Below are positions 11,490 to 22,110 of a stretch of DNA of 64,000 nt, in pieces. The DNA is taken from assembly GCA_013265495.1 (NCBI GenBank), contig MU058540.1, positions 2,443,696 to 2,507,695 of the forward strand. The letters are read 5' to 3'. The notes beneath the pieces are model-generated. The model ran no database searches. It was not told the origin of the DNA and saw only the letters and a program-made list of their open reading frames with translations. The position numbers and the translations under genes were made by a program. Origin of the DNA: Vicugna vicugna. Taxonomy: Eukaryota. Position 1 is the stretch's first letter; each line of letters opens with the position of its first letter.

Positions 11490-14400
11490 ATCTTAAAGTT
11501 TTTCTCTCAGTTGCTGGTATCAGAAATACGATTTATTGTTGCATCTTATATCTAGCCACCTTGCTAAACATTCTTATTATACCTAATAATTTGGTTGGTT
11601 CTAAAGGGTTTTCTCTATAGAAAGTTACATTATCCATTAATAAGTTTTGATCTTCCCTTTTCAAACAATAGACCAGACCTCTCTTTCTCCCTCCCAGTCT
11701 CCCTCCTTCCTTTCTCTCTCTTCCTCTCCCTCTTTCTTCCTTCTTTCCTCCCTCCTCCCTCCCTCCGTTTCTCTTTCCTTCTTTTTCTGTCTTACTGACC
11801 TTCAGCACAATGTTATGCAGGGCCTATGGACATCCCTGTCTTGTTACTTAAAGGAAATGCTTTTGATATTTCCTTATTGAGAATGATGTTTGCTTTAGGT
11901 GTTATGTCAGATACCCTTTAACAGATTCAGGACGATCATTTCTATTCTTACTTTACTAAAAGTTGTTTTATTATGATGAGTGTTAAATTTTATAAAATGC
12001 TTTTCTACATTTATTAAGATGATAATTGGTTTTCTCCTTCACTGTTAATGTGAAGAATTGGTTCTCTAATATTAAACCATTCTCATATCCCTGGAATTAG
12101 CCTGACTTCGTCATGATTTATTACCTCTTTTTTACATCACTGATTTGGTTTGCTAATACTTTAATACATTTGTATCTAGGTTCACAAGTGAGATTGGCTT
12201 TAATTTGATTGCTTCGGGAATTAAGTTTTATTAATCTCATAGAATGAGTTGGAAGTATTTCCTTTTTTCAGTTTTCTGGAAGAGATTGTGTATGAACGAC
12301 ATGAACTGTTTCTTGGAAAGTTAGTAGAATTCACCTAATAATTATTTACTCCTGATGTATTTTTTGTAAGAAATTTTAACAATTTTCAGTTTCTTTAATG
12401 GGCATAGGATTATATGAGATTTTTACTCTCATTAATTCAAGAGGATTTTGTTCATCTAAGTTTTGTAAAATGTTTTCTCTTAAATCTCTGCTGCTTCTAT
12501 CGTTATGTTCCCCTTTGCATTACTAATATTTTTTCTCCTCTTTCCTCTCCCCCCTACCCCTACTGCCTATCAATTTTATTACTGTTTCCCCCAGATAGCT
12601 AACTTTTGGCCTCGTTGATCATCTCTAGTCTATTTTTCTGATTGTTACTCTAATCATTTTAATCTGCTTTCTTCCCCTTTGTTCTTTTTCTAACTTTTTA
12701 AATTTTTTAATTTTCAGACATTCTTCATTTCTAATATAAGCATTCAAGGCTGTAAGCTTACCTTGAGTTACCACTATTCTTTGTTCCTCACGTTTTAATA
12801 CACAGTATTCATATTACTGCTCAATTCTAAATATTTTGTACATTTCTTTTATGATTTCATCCTGGACTCAAGTCTTGTTTTCGAAGCATGTGTGTGCTAA
12901 ATTAACTTTTTTATTTTGAGATAATTGTAGGTTAATTAGCAGTTATAAGAGATAATACAAAGAGATTTCATGTATACTTTATCCAGTTTCCTCCAATAGT
13001 AACATCTTGCAAAACTATAGAAAATATCACAACCAGGATATTAACATTGATGAGAATTCAACCTTTTATGTGATGAGTCATATCTCTTGCTGCTTTCAAG
13101 ATTCTCTCTTTGTCCTTGGCTTTTGACCGATTGCGATGTGTCTAGATATAGATCTATTTGAGTTTATCTTGAGTGTGTTGAGCTTCTTGTGTGTGTAGAT
13201 TCACGATTTTCACCCAATTTGGGAAGTTTTGGGACATTACTCAATTTTTTTGGTTCCTTTCTCTCCTCTCCTTCTGGGACCTCCATTATGCATATGTTGG
13301 TACACTTCATGGTGTTTCATAGGTCCCTGTGGCTCTGTTCATTTTTCTTTTTTTTTCCTCTCTGGTCCTCAGACTGGAGAGTCTCACTTGACCTATCTTC
13401 AAGTTTGCTGATTCTTCTTTCTGCCAAGTTGAATCTATAGTTGTGCCCATCTAGTAAAATTTTCACTTCAGTTGTTGTACTGAAGTTCTCTTTTTGTATT
13501 AGTATTTATACTTGTATTGGTTCTTTTTATAATTCTATTTCTTTACTCATAGTCTGTATTTGGTGAGACATTCTCATACTTTCCTTTATTTCTTTAGACA
13601 TGATTTCTTTTAGTTCTTTGAATACATTTATAATAGCTGACTCAAATTCTTTATCTAGTAAAGTCTGTGCATCTAGGCTTCCTGAGAGTTTCTATTAATC
13701 GTTTCCTCCCCCACCGCGACCCCATGTCTGTCATATTTTCCCATTTTGTTGTGTGTCTCATTAAGTTTTTTTGAAAATTAGACATTTTAACTAATATAAT
13801 GTGGGCAACTCTGGAAATCACATTCCTCTCACTTCACAGGGTCTGTAGTTGGTGGTGTTTGTTGTTGTTGCTTCTGTTGCTGTTTGTTTAGTGACTTTCC
13901 TGAACTAATTCTGTAAAATCTGTATTCTTTGTCATGCGTGGCCACAACAGTCTGCTTGCTTAGCTTAGTGATCAGGTAATGAATGGACAACTATTTCCTT
14001 ACATGCCTTGAATTAATAAGTCTCCCAGCCTTTGTCAAGGGTGTGTTTTGTGTGTGTGTGTGTGTGTGTGGTGTTAGGGTATATCTTCAAGATTCCAGCA
14101 AAATGCAAACAACTCTGCTTTAGTCTTTACTTCCCCCTTGTGCAAAGCTTTAAGGTATCCTAGCCATGAGAGAGATTAGGGTCTTCTCAGAACTTTCCTG
14201 GGTGTGCACACAGCCCTGCATGTGTGGCCTTCTAGATTTCCAAGAATATGTTGGAACTTTTCAAAGACTCCTATAGATATCTTATTCTGAAGTTTTTCCT
14301 TTTAAGCTTTTTGTCAGCTTCTTCTTTGCCCTACCCAATTGTTACCACCTAAGATACCTGTGATGTTAAACAACTGCCACTGATTATTTTTAATAAATGC

Positions 14401-15890
14401 TCCAGGGAAAAGGGTATTCACAGAGAATGAACTCTGAGTTTATTATTGCTAAGTAATAATCCATGATATGGATGTACCACAGTTTGTTTATCCATTTACC
14501 CATTGAAGGACATTGGAGTTGTTTCCAGTTTGGGGCTTTTGCAGATAAAGCTGCTATGAACATTCATGTACATGTCATTATGTGAACATAAGTCTTTATT
14601 TCTTAGGGATAGATGCTCTGGCATGCAACTGCTAAGTCATATGCTAATTGCATGTTTAGTATTTTTCAATAAACTGCCAATCTAGAAGACATACAAAAAA
14701 TGAAAAGAAAGTCCATGATTGTGGATTGGAATAATTAATATTGTTAAAATATCCATACTGCCCAAAGCAATTTACAGATTCAATGCAATCCCTATCAAAA
14801 TTCTAACAGCATTTTTCACAGAACTAGAACAAACGATTCTACAATTTGTATGGAACCACATAAGAACCCTAAATAGCCAAAGCAGTCTTGAGGAAGAAGA
14901 ACAAAGATGGAGGAATCATGCTCCCTGATTTCAAACTATATTACAAAGCTATAGTAATAGAAAAAAGTATGGCATTGGCATTAAAAACAGACACATAGAT
15001 CAATGAGACAGAATAGAAAGCCCCAAAATAAACCATGAATATATGATTAATTAATTTATGACAGCCAAGAATATATAATGAGGAAATGACAGTCTCTTTA
15101 ATAAATGACCAGTTGGAAAAACTGGACATCCACATGCAAAAGAATGAGACTGGACCACTATCTTACACCATACACAGATGTTAACTCAAAATGGATTAAA
15201 GAAACCATAAAACTCCTAGAAGAAAATATAGGCAGTAAGCTTCTTGACATCAGTCTTGGCAATGACTTTTTGCATTTGACACCAAAAGCAATGGTAGCAA
15301 AAGCAAGAATAAACAAATTAATCAAACCAAAAATCTGCTCATATTGTTTTTACTTTTGAGAATTTAGTGAGCTTTCATGTGTTTGTGTTTTGACATAATG
15401 TGCTATATATATAGTTTTGTAAGATATAACCACTGGGAGAAACTGGGTGAAGAGTACATAGGACATCTTTCTCTGTATTATCTCTGCAACATCTTGTGAA
15501 TCTATCATTATTTAAGAGTTGAAAAATTTTAAGAAGGAGAAATGAAGTATTGATATATGCTACAACACGGATAAACCTTGAAAACGGTAAAAGAAATCAG
15601 TCACAAAACAACATATATTGTATGATTCAATTCACATGAAATGACCAGAATAGGCAGATGTACAGACAGAAAAGTCAATCTGTACTTGCCCAGAATTAGG
15701 GGGGAGGAGGGAGTAGGGAGCACCTGCTAATGGATATGAGGCTTTTTGGGGGGGTGATGAAAATATTCTAAAATTAGATATGCTGATGGTTGCACAACTT
15801 TGCAAATATTCTAAAAATCACTGAATTGTATAATTTAAATGGATGGATTTTATGGTAAATAAGCTATATCTCAATAAAGCTTTAATTAAA
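11490..15890. mobile_element. Patchwork of old L1 fragments in both orientations
   Basis: Antisense L1 text at 11.5-14.7 kb. Sense ORF2 piece 14690-15330 ([27 protein letters not shown]). L1MB/ME 3' end at 15530-15890. Confidence 0.75.
14048..14070. repeat. (TG)n microsatellite
   Basis: Run of about 11 TG units. Confidence 0.85.
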
Positions 15891-16002
15891 AAAACTCTGC
15901 TGCTATCATCTTCCTAATGTTAGTTTAAATTTCAAATTCTTTCTTGTTCTTTGTTCATTTTTTATAATATTATGACTTGTCTTTGTAAAAAACCTCTATC
16001 TT

Positions 16003-16370
16003 TGAGGCCAACAAGTCCTATGATCTGTCATCTGCAAGCTGGAGAACCAGGAAAGCTACTGGTATAATTCAGTCCAAGTCCAAGGCCTGGAAACCAGGAG
16101 CACCAAAGTCCAAGGGCAGGAGAAGACAATGCTCTGGCTAATGAAGAGAGCAAATTCAGCCTTCCTCTACTTTTTGTCCCATTCTAGCCCTCAACAGATA
16201 GGATGATGCCCATCCACATTGGTGAGGGTGATCTTCTTTACTCAGTCTACTGATTAAAAAGCTAATCTTTTCCAGAAACACCTTCACAGACACACCCAGA
16301 AATAATGTTTTATCAGCTACCTGGGCATTCCTTAGCACAGACAAGTTGACACATAAAATTAACCATCACA
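16003..16370. mobile_element. ERVL LTR (MLT2-like)
   Basis: ctgcaagctggagaaccaggaaagc...caagttgacacataaaattaaccatcaca. Confidence 0.8.
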
Positions 16371-18800
16371 CATATGAATCACCTAGGGGAATTCTGTTAA
16401 AACGCAGGTTCTAGTTTGGTAGGTACTATTATTTTTGTGCATTTTCTCTCTTTAGTAATATTATACCAAGTAGATGGCTACTTGCAGGGTCAGTTCTTTT
16501 GCTAAAATATGGAAACATTTTATGGTGTCCTGGTTTCACTCACAAGTAAAAGTTTAGGATTTAACAAAAATGCTAATTAAAAGTTGAAATGAAAAGACAT
16601 TAAATCAGGTAAAACAATTTAGACTTGCCACATACTATTTACTTCCAGGTTTGTGGGTTAGTATCCCACTGAGTATATGGTAAAATGTTCTAGCCAGAAT
16701 TCAAGTCCAAAGAGGCCAATGCAAGCCATATCAAGTGGATCTTTCAAACCACATTGTACCATACTCTCTTGCCTGGCTAAATCTTACAGCTTGAATTATT
16801 CAAGCCATTTCCCTGCTTTAAAAATCATAAGGAACTACTGCCTCTTCACATCCAGTTCCCTACCCAACAGATTCTATGCTCCGACTTTGTTTTACCTTTC
16901 CAGTCTTTTCTCTCACATCTCCCATTTTTGGTCAAAAGGGGTAACCTCTTGTTCTCTGAATCAATCTTATGGTGTCCCATCTTCCTCTGCTCATCCGGGT
17001 GCTCAGCCTGGACCACGCTCCCTCTACCATCCTCCTAGCTGACACTCAACACAAGATTTAAGGTGGAGTTCAAATGGTACCTTTCTCACAGAGCCTTCCC
17101 CTCTTCTTTAAACTCTCATGCCACTTTGCTTGCATCTCTCTTGAGGTGCTTATACCTTGTCACATGTTTTAGTTATTAAGATACATGCTTTCTTCCTGTG
17201 ATTAGATTTTAAGTGACTTCAAGAGTAAGAGCATAGCCTTTTCACCCTTGTGGTCTTCACAGGCATATAACAGAACCTAACAGGCAGCTCACAAATAATT
17301 ACTGAATGAATATGTAATTTAGTGTGACCAAAAGAGGCTCCCGAGAACTTGAGCTGACTTACTTCCTTAATCCTGGGCCCTTAGACCCAACAGGGGCTCC
17401 TGAGTAACCCTTTGCCAGCCTCTTAATTTGCAATGATTGTACCAGTGTTGTCAAAACCTCCTAAGTTTGAACTTAGATTCATCACCGATCTTCTCCTTTG
17501 TTCCTAAGTCCAATCAGTCATCAAACTGTTGATTTGTTTTCTGATTCCTGATTTGACCCTTCCTTTCTCTACCATCTCTTCTACCATTCTGGTTAATGCT
17601 CTTTTACTTTCACAAAGCCTAATTATCGATAATAAATTCTTCCTGGTTTACCCAATACTATTCCTGTTCTAGTTTATCCTATGTATAATGGATACCATAA
17701 TACTAATAATTTCATAGTTACAAATTGATAAATGAGGTATGGCATGCATACTGGATCTATTTGGTAGTGCCCACTGTATCTTTAGAGAATTCTGCCCACA
17801 TCCTCTGGTTCTGGACATGAATAATGACCAGACCTCATCAGAGTATCATGCCTTTCTGGCCACAGCTATTGTTCAGGTTGGCTGAGAGACAGTAAAAGAC
17901 CGTGTCCCAGTGACATAATTTGAGTCCCTTGACTTGATCTTACCTAAAACCAGATGCACCCCTGCACTTTCTGGTTATGAGAATCAGTAGACGTCCTTTA
18001 TTAATTAAACTAGTTTGAGTTTGTTTTCTAAGTGCAATAAAGATTTTTAAATAAATACAGTGTGTTAAAGCACTAAACACAGTACCTTGCACAGAAGTAT
18101 TAGGTATTATTTTTGATTATCCCTATACCCTTGCCAAACTCACATCCAATTCGACCTTTTCTTTTTTTTTACATCTTCCCATACAGACCAGCTAGGATAT
18201 TTGCCTTATTATTCCCTGCATATTGTCCCTTTGCCTCGGCTGCCCTATCTTCAGCCTAATAATGCCATTCCACGCTCTTTTCACCAATTCACATCCATCA
18301 CTACTTAGAACCAGGCTAAAAGAAGTGTCCTATCCTCCATTTGAATAGTGGTGGCTCTACACTGTTCACTGCCTTACCTAATGTCTCCTGCATGTGTCTT
18401 CCAGTTATTTCTAGCTTGCTTGATTGTACACTGTTCAAGGCAAGGAAAAATATATTCTATGCTTACATATCATTACTATACCCTTTCTAGGTTGAGATTT
18501 TGTCATTATTTTCCAAAGCAATTTACACAGTGTTGGACACAGAGTAGGTGTTCAAAAAGGGTCTGTTATAGGAATAAATGAGTGGAATTAAATTTAGAGG
18601 GTGTGGTATTCAGTTTAAAGCCTGTTGTCAGCATAGCTAAATTTTTTCTTTTTCTAAGCAAACTATATTCTTAAAGCATTTTCATTACAGCATAAAAATA
18701 TCACAATGATTCCAACCTCCAATATTCTTCCCACTATGATTTCAGAATTCTTTTAGCCAAAGTTTAAGGAAGGAATATTCCATTAAAAATGATTTAACAC

Positions 18801-18827
18801 AACATTGTAAACTGACTATAACTCAAT
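18801..18827 (+). mobile_element. Extremely 5'-truncated L1 3' tip
   Basis: aacattgtaaactgactataactcaat flanked by 15-bp direct repeats aaaatgatttaacac / aaaataatttaacac. Confidence 0.6.
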
Positions 18828-21059
18828 AAAATAATTTAACACTCAATTAAAACCTATTTTCTTCACATCACACATATTTTGTTAATCCAGTGGGTATTGT
18901 ATCTGAGGTTTCTTGCTTTGGTAAACTACTGATAATACTAAAGCACTGACAAAACTATCCTGAGATGCTAGGGGAAAAAAATTGAGGGAAAGTTTTTGTA
19001 GTCACGTTTCCTCTCTCGGTTCTAAATGGTAAAACATTCTCTTACTCCAAATAAGTTAGTCTCTACTTTAAAAAGCAGAGTCTTTAAAAACTACTATTTG
19101 GAATCAAAGATCTCTGTCTCTTTTTGTTGAATTTAATTGCTGTATGGCTTAATGGAAAGGCCAAGGGCTGGTAAATTTAATCTCAAGATAGCTAAAGATT
19201 AAAGTGAATTAAATTTAGTGCCTATGGGATTTTTTATACCTGTTCCAAATTTGTTTTTAATGACATAACTGTCCCATGTTACATTTGAAATTACATCATA
19301 GTGAACTGGTTATGTGTGCTAACAGGAACCAATTCCAAATATTAAAAATAAAAGTGAGGACAACTGTAATGTTACCATTAAGAAAGTGGAAGTAGAAAAT
19401 GAAAGAAACACTTAGGTTGAATTAGGTCTTACTATGAAAGCTTTGAATAGAAAAACCTGGAAATCATATGTATCAGGTTAACAATTAATTTTCAATAGCA
19501 TTCAAATCATCATTTCACTTTCTGTTACAAGTGCAGACTAATATATTTTCTGAGAGTATTTATTCATTTTTTAATTTCAGTAGAAAAATATAGCTCCCAA
19601 TCACACAAATAGAATTGTACATTTTAAGAACATCTATCAAGAAATGAAACTTACTAATCATATGTAGAAATGGTTATAGTTCACATTTTAAAGGAACAAG
19701 AAATGAAATTCAGTATTCTTGTTTCTATTAGAGACAAATCTTTTTTTTTTTAAACTAAAAGTAATTATAATATTCTCTTGCCTCTGGGGTTTTCCCTTCC
19801 ACAGTTAATCATCTTTTCTTCCACACCTTCCTTCTAAATGATTATTCCCCCAGCCTTAGAACACTTGACATTAATTTCATATTATTTCACCTTCACAGCT
19901 TTCAAAACATTGCCCTGCCCTTGCTTACCTCCACGTGCCACTCCCTTTTTCTTTAAAAAAGAATTGGTTAATGAAGTAATTTTGCTATCACTTTGCCAGA
20001 AGGTGCTACCAAGTAATCAGGAAAACATCTTTATAATACAAATTTGCTTCCTTACCTTTATCAAACTTTCAAATTCAAAACACAATATGCTTAAATTTCT
20101 TAGGATAATGAACACCTATCATTCAAAGGTAGCAGTTCGTTCAGTTTAAACATTTAGAAGACTTGGATCCTAAGCCTTAATCCTTCTTTCTCTGACTCTA
20201 GAATCTGTGTCCTTGATCATCAGAACCAAGCTAGAAATTGTCTTATCAAGCTACACCACCAGCGCGGGCATCGGAAACGCTTTCAAAATATGCCATTCAT
20301 CTCCACATTTAAAGGCAGCCTATTCATACACCCATTATAAACATCATTAAATATTGGTGCTTCAGACTTCAGTTATACGAGGTATAAGTTATCCAATTTA
20401 TAGGCAAAACGGGGGTGACAAAGAAGCCCTCTTCTCTTCTAAATTTATTTACCAAAGGAAAAGCCAGTCTGATCACATCTGAAAATCTTAAGTCGCCGTT
20501 TGTCAAACATCTGTTAGAAAGCCGCTTATTGCATTAAAATAACCGACTCCTAGCCGAATCAGGTTTAAGAGTTTCCCTTATCTACAGTGACCAACCAGAC
20601 GTCCTTAAATAGATTGTCAAACTTTTATGTTTACTCTTTTAAACACAGAATGGAGAGGATGGCACACAGCGAAAAGTCAGGTCTGTTTCTTAAGAAGGAT
20701 GTCTTGTGGGGAACAAGAAGCTCACCTGTACACAACAGAGGCGAGTCTTCCCCGGCGGTCCTCACTGAGAGTATGGACATCGACAGACCTTTGTCCTCCG
20801 GACTGGAGCACGGGGGGAGGAGGGCGACTTTCTGCGAGTAGTGCAGGCACCTGCACCCCAAGAAACTACAGACCAGTTTTGACTTAAATGATTGTCCTGG
20901 TTTAACCTTTGGAGGGACCCTTTAGCTCAGGAGGGGGTTTGTTGTCCCAGACCTTAGCCACCTTCTTCGCAGGGCTGGGGGGAGGGGACGACTAACCACT
21001 CTAAAGTTAAGAACCTCTGTCTTTCCCAAATGGACCCGAACGTCCCCCAGCTCTCACAT

Positions 21060-22110
21060 CGGGCTCGCCCAGGGGCAAGCTGAGCCAGGGTGAAGCCGCG
21101 GCTGAGGCGGACACAGATCCCGTCTTTGCTCCGCGCCCCTGCCGCGTCCGCACCGCCACCGTGAGGCCGAGCAGGGGACCGTGCCCTGTGGCGGCAGCAG
21201 CTCCGCGCTCCTCTCCGCGCCGCCCCGGCCGCCGCCGCGCCGGGCACGGGCGGGGGGATTTTTTCCCCCCGTTTCCCCCCTCTTTCGCGCTCTCGCTCCT
21301 GTTCAGCGGGAGAGCCCGCAGAGCCAGGGAGGGAGCGAGGGAAGGGGTGGAGGTGGCGGCGGGGGGGAGGCCGGAGGGGCGGATCCTGCCTGGGGGCTGA
21401 TCCCTCCTCCCCTCGGCCGGGCTCCGTGGCGGCAGCGGCGGCGGCGGCTCCATTCCCCCTCCTCCCCCTGTAGCGGCGGCGGCGGCAGCCGGGCCGGGGC
21501 CCCAGAGCGGGCCGGGAGGGGGCACGGCGGTGGCCGCGGAGGCCAGCGCAGTAGGAATCTGCGCTCCTCTCCCAGGGCCGCGCCGACCTGCTCGACGGAG
21601 GGCTGGCCCGCGCCCAGGGGCCCCGAACGGAGGGGCCGGGCTGGCGGCTGAGGTAATGGGGGCGGCAGCGGGGCCGGACGGAACGGGAGCCGGGGCGGGG
21701 GCAGCGGGGCCTACGGGGACCAGGGACTGCTTGGGGTTGGGGAGGGAAACAGGGGACTTCCTGAGCAGGGCAGGGGCGGCGCGAAAGCTCTCTCCTAGAG
21801 CGAGGGCGGCGGCGGGGAAGAAGAAGGCGGGTGAGGGGGGAGCTGAAAATCGAGGACCCCCTCCCGCAGCCGCCATCTTGTTTCCCTCCCCCGGCCCTGG
21901 AAGCCGAGCCGCCGAGCCCCGCCTCCGCCACGCTCTCCAATTGGTCAGTCCAGATGAGAGTTCCACCCCTTGAGCGTCTCTTGGCCCCACGATTCCTGCT
22001 GACGGGCAGGTGAGGCGGCCAATGGACGCTCGCCTCCGTGCCCCGCTTGTTCGCAGGAGCTAGCTTTCTGAGGGATCGGACTCCGCGTCAGTGCCTCTGG
22101 CGCGCTTGCC
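21060..22110. promoter_or_regulatory. CpG island / bidirectional promoter of BRPF3 and an antisense unit
   Basis: Very GC- and CpG-rich stretch. Contains GC boxes (e.g. CCCCGCCTCC 21917-21926), CCAATTGG 21937-21944, CCAAT 22019-22023 and a YY1-type GCCGCCATCTTG 21869-21880. Confidence 0.9.
21430..21652 (+). other. BRPF3: BRPF3 non-coding exon 1 (5' UTR; start approximate)
   Basis: Donor GAG|gtaatg after 21652 inside the CpG island. The next exon has acceptor ccttag|G at 24657, 26 nt before the ATG. Confidence 0.6.

Larger units (their letters stand above)
632..21059 (-). pseudogene. Putative decayed multi-exon protein-coding gene (unitary pseudogene or antisense lncRNA) head-to-head with BRPF3; product unknown
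   Basis: Phase-compatible GT-AG exons 21059-20997, 20802-20726, 20510-20453, 20319-20260, 20115-20056, 19950-19929, 19456-19433 and 19305-19240. Further candidate exons at 18-19 kb, 16.5-16.7 kb, ~6.9 kb, 5.1-5.7 kb and 901-632, some with in-frame stops. Confidence 0.55.

Noticed and set aside
14719..15359. ORFs resembling reverse-transcriptase protein fragments
   Set aside because: Broken L1 ORF2 remnants, not a host gene.
20954..22013. Other long ORFs across the CpG island (328 aa minus; 156 and 147 aa plus)
   Set aside because: Low-complexity Gly/Ala/Pro/Arg frames with non-ATG starts, expected from stop-codon scarcity in GC-rich DNA.
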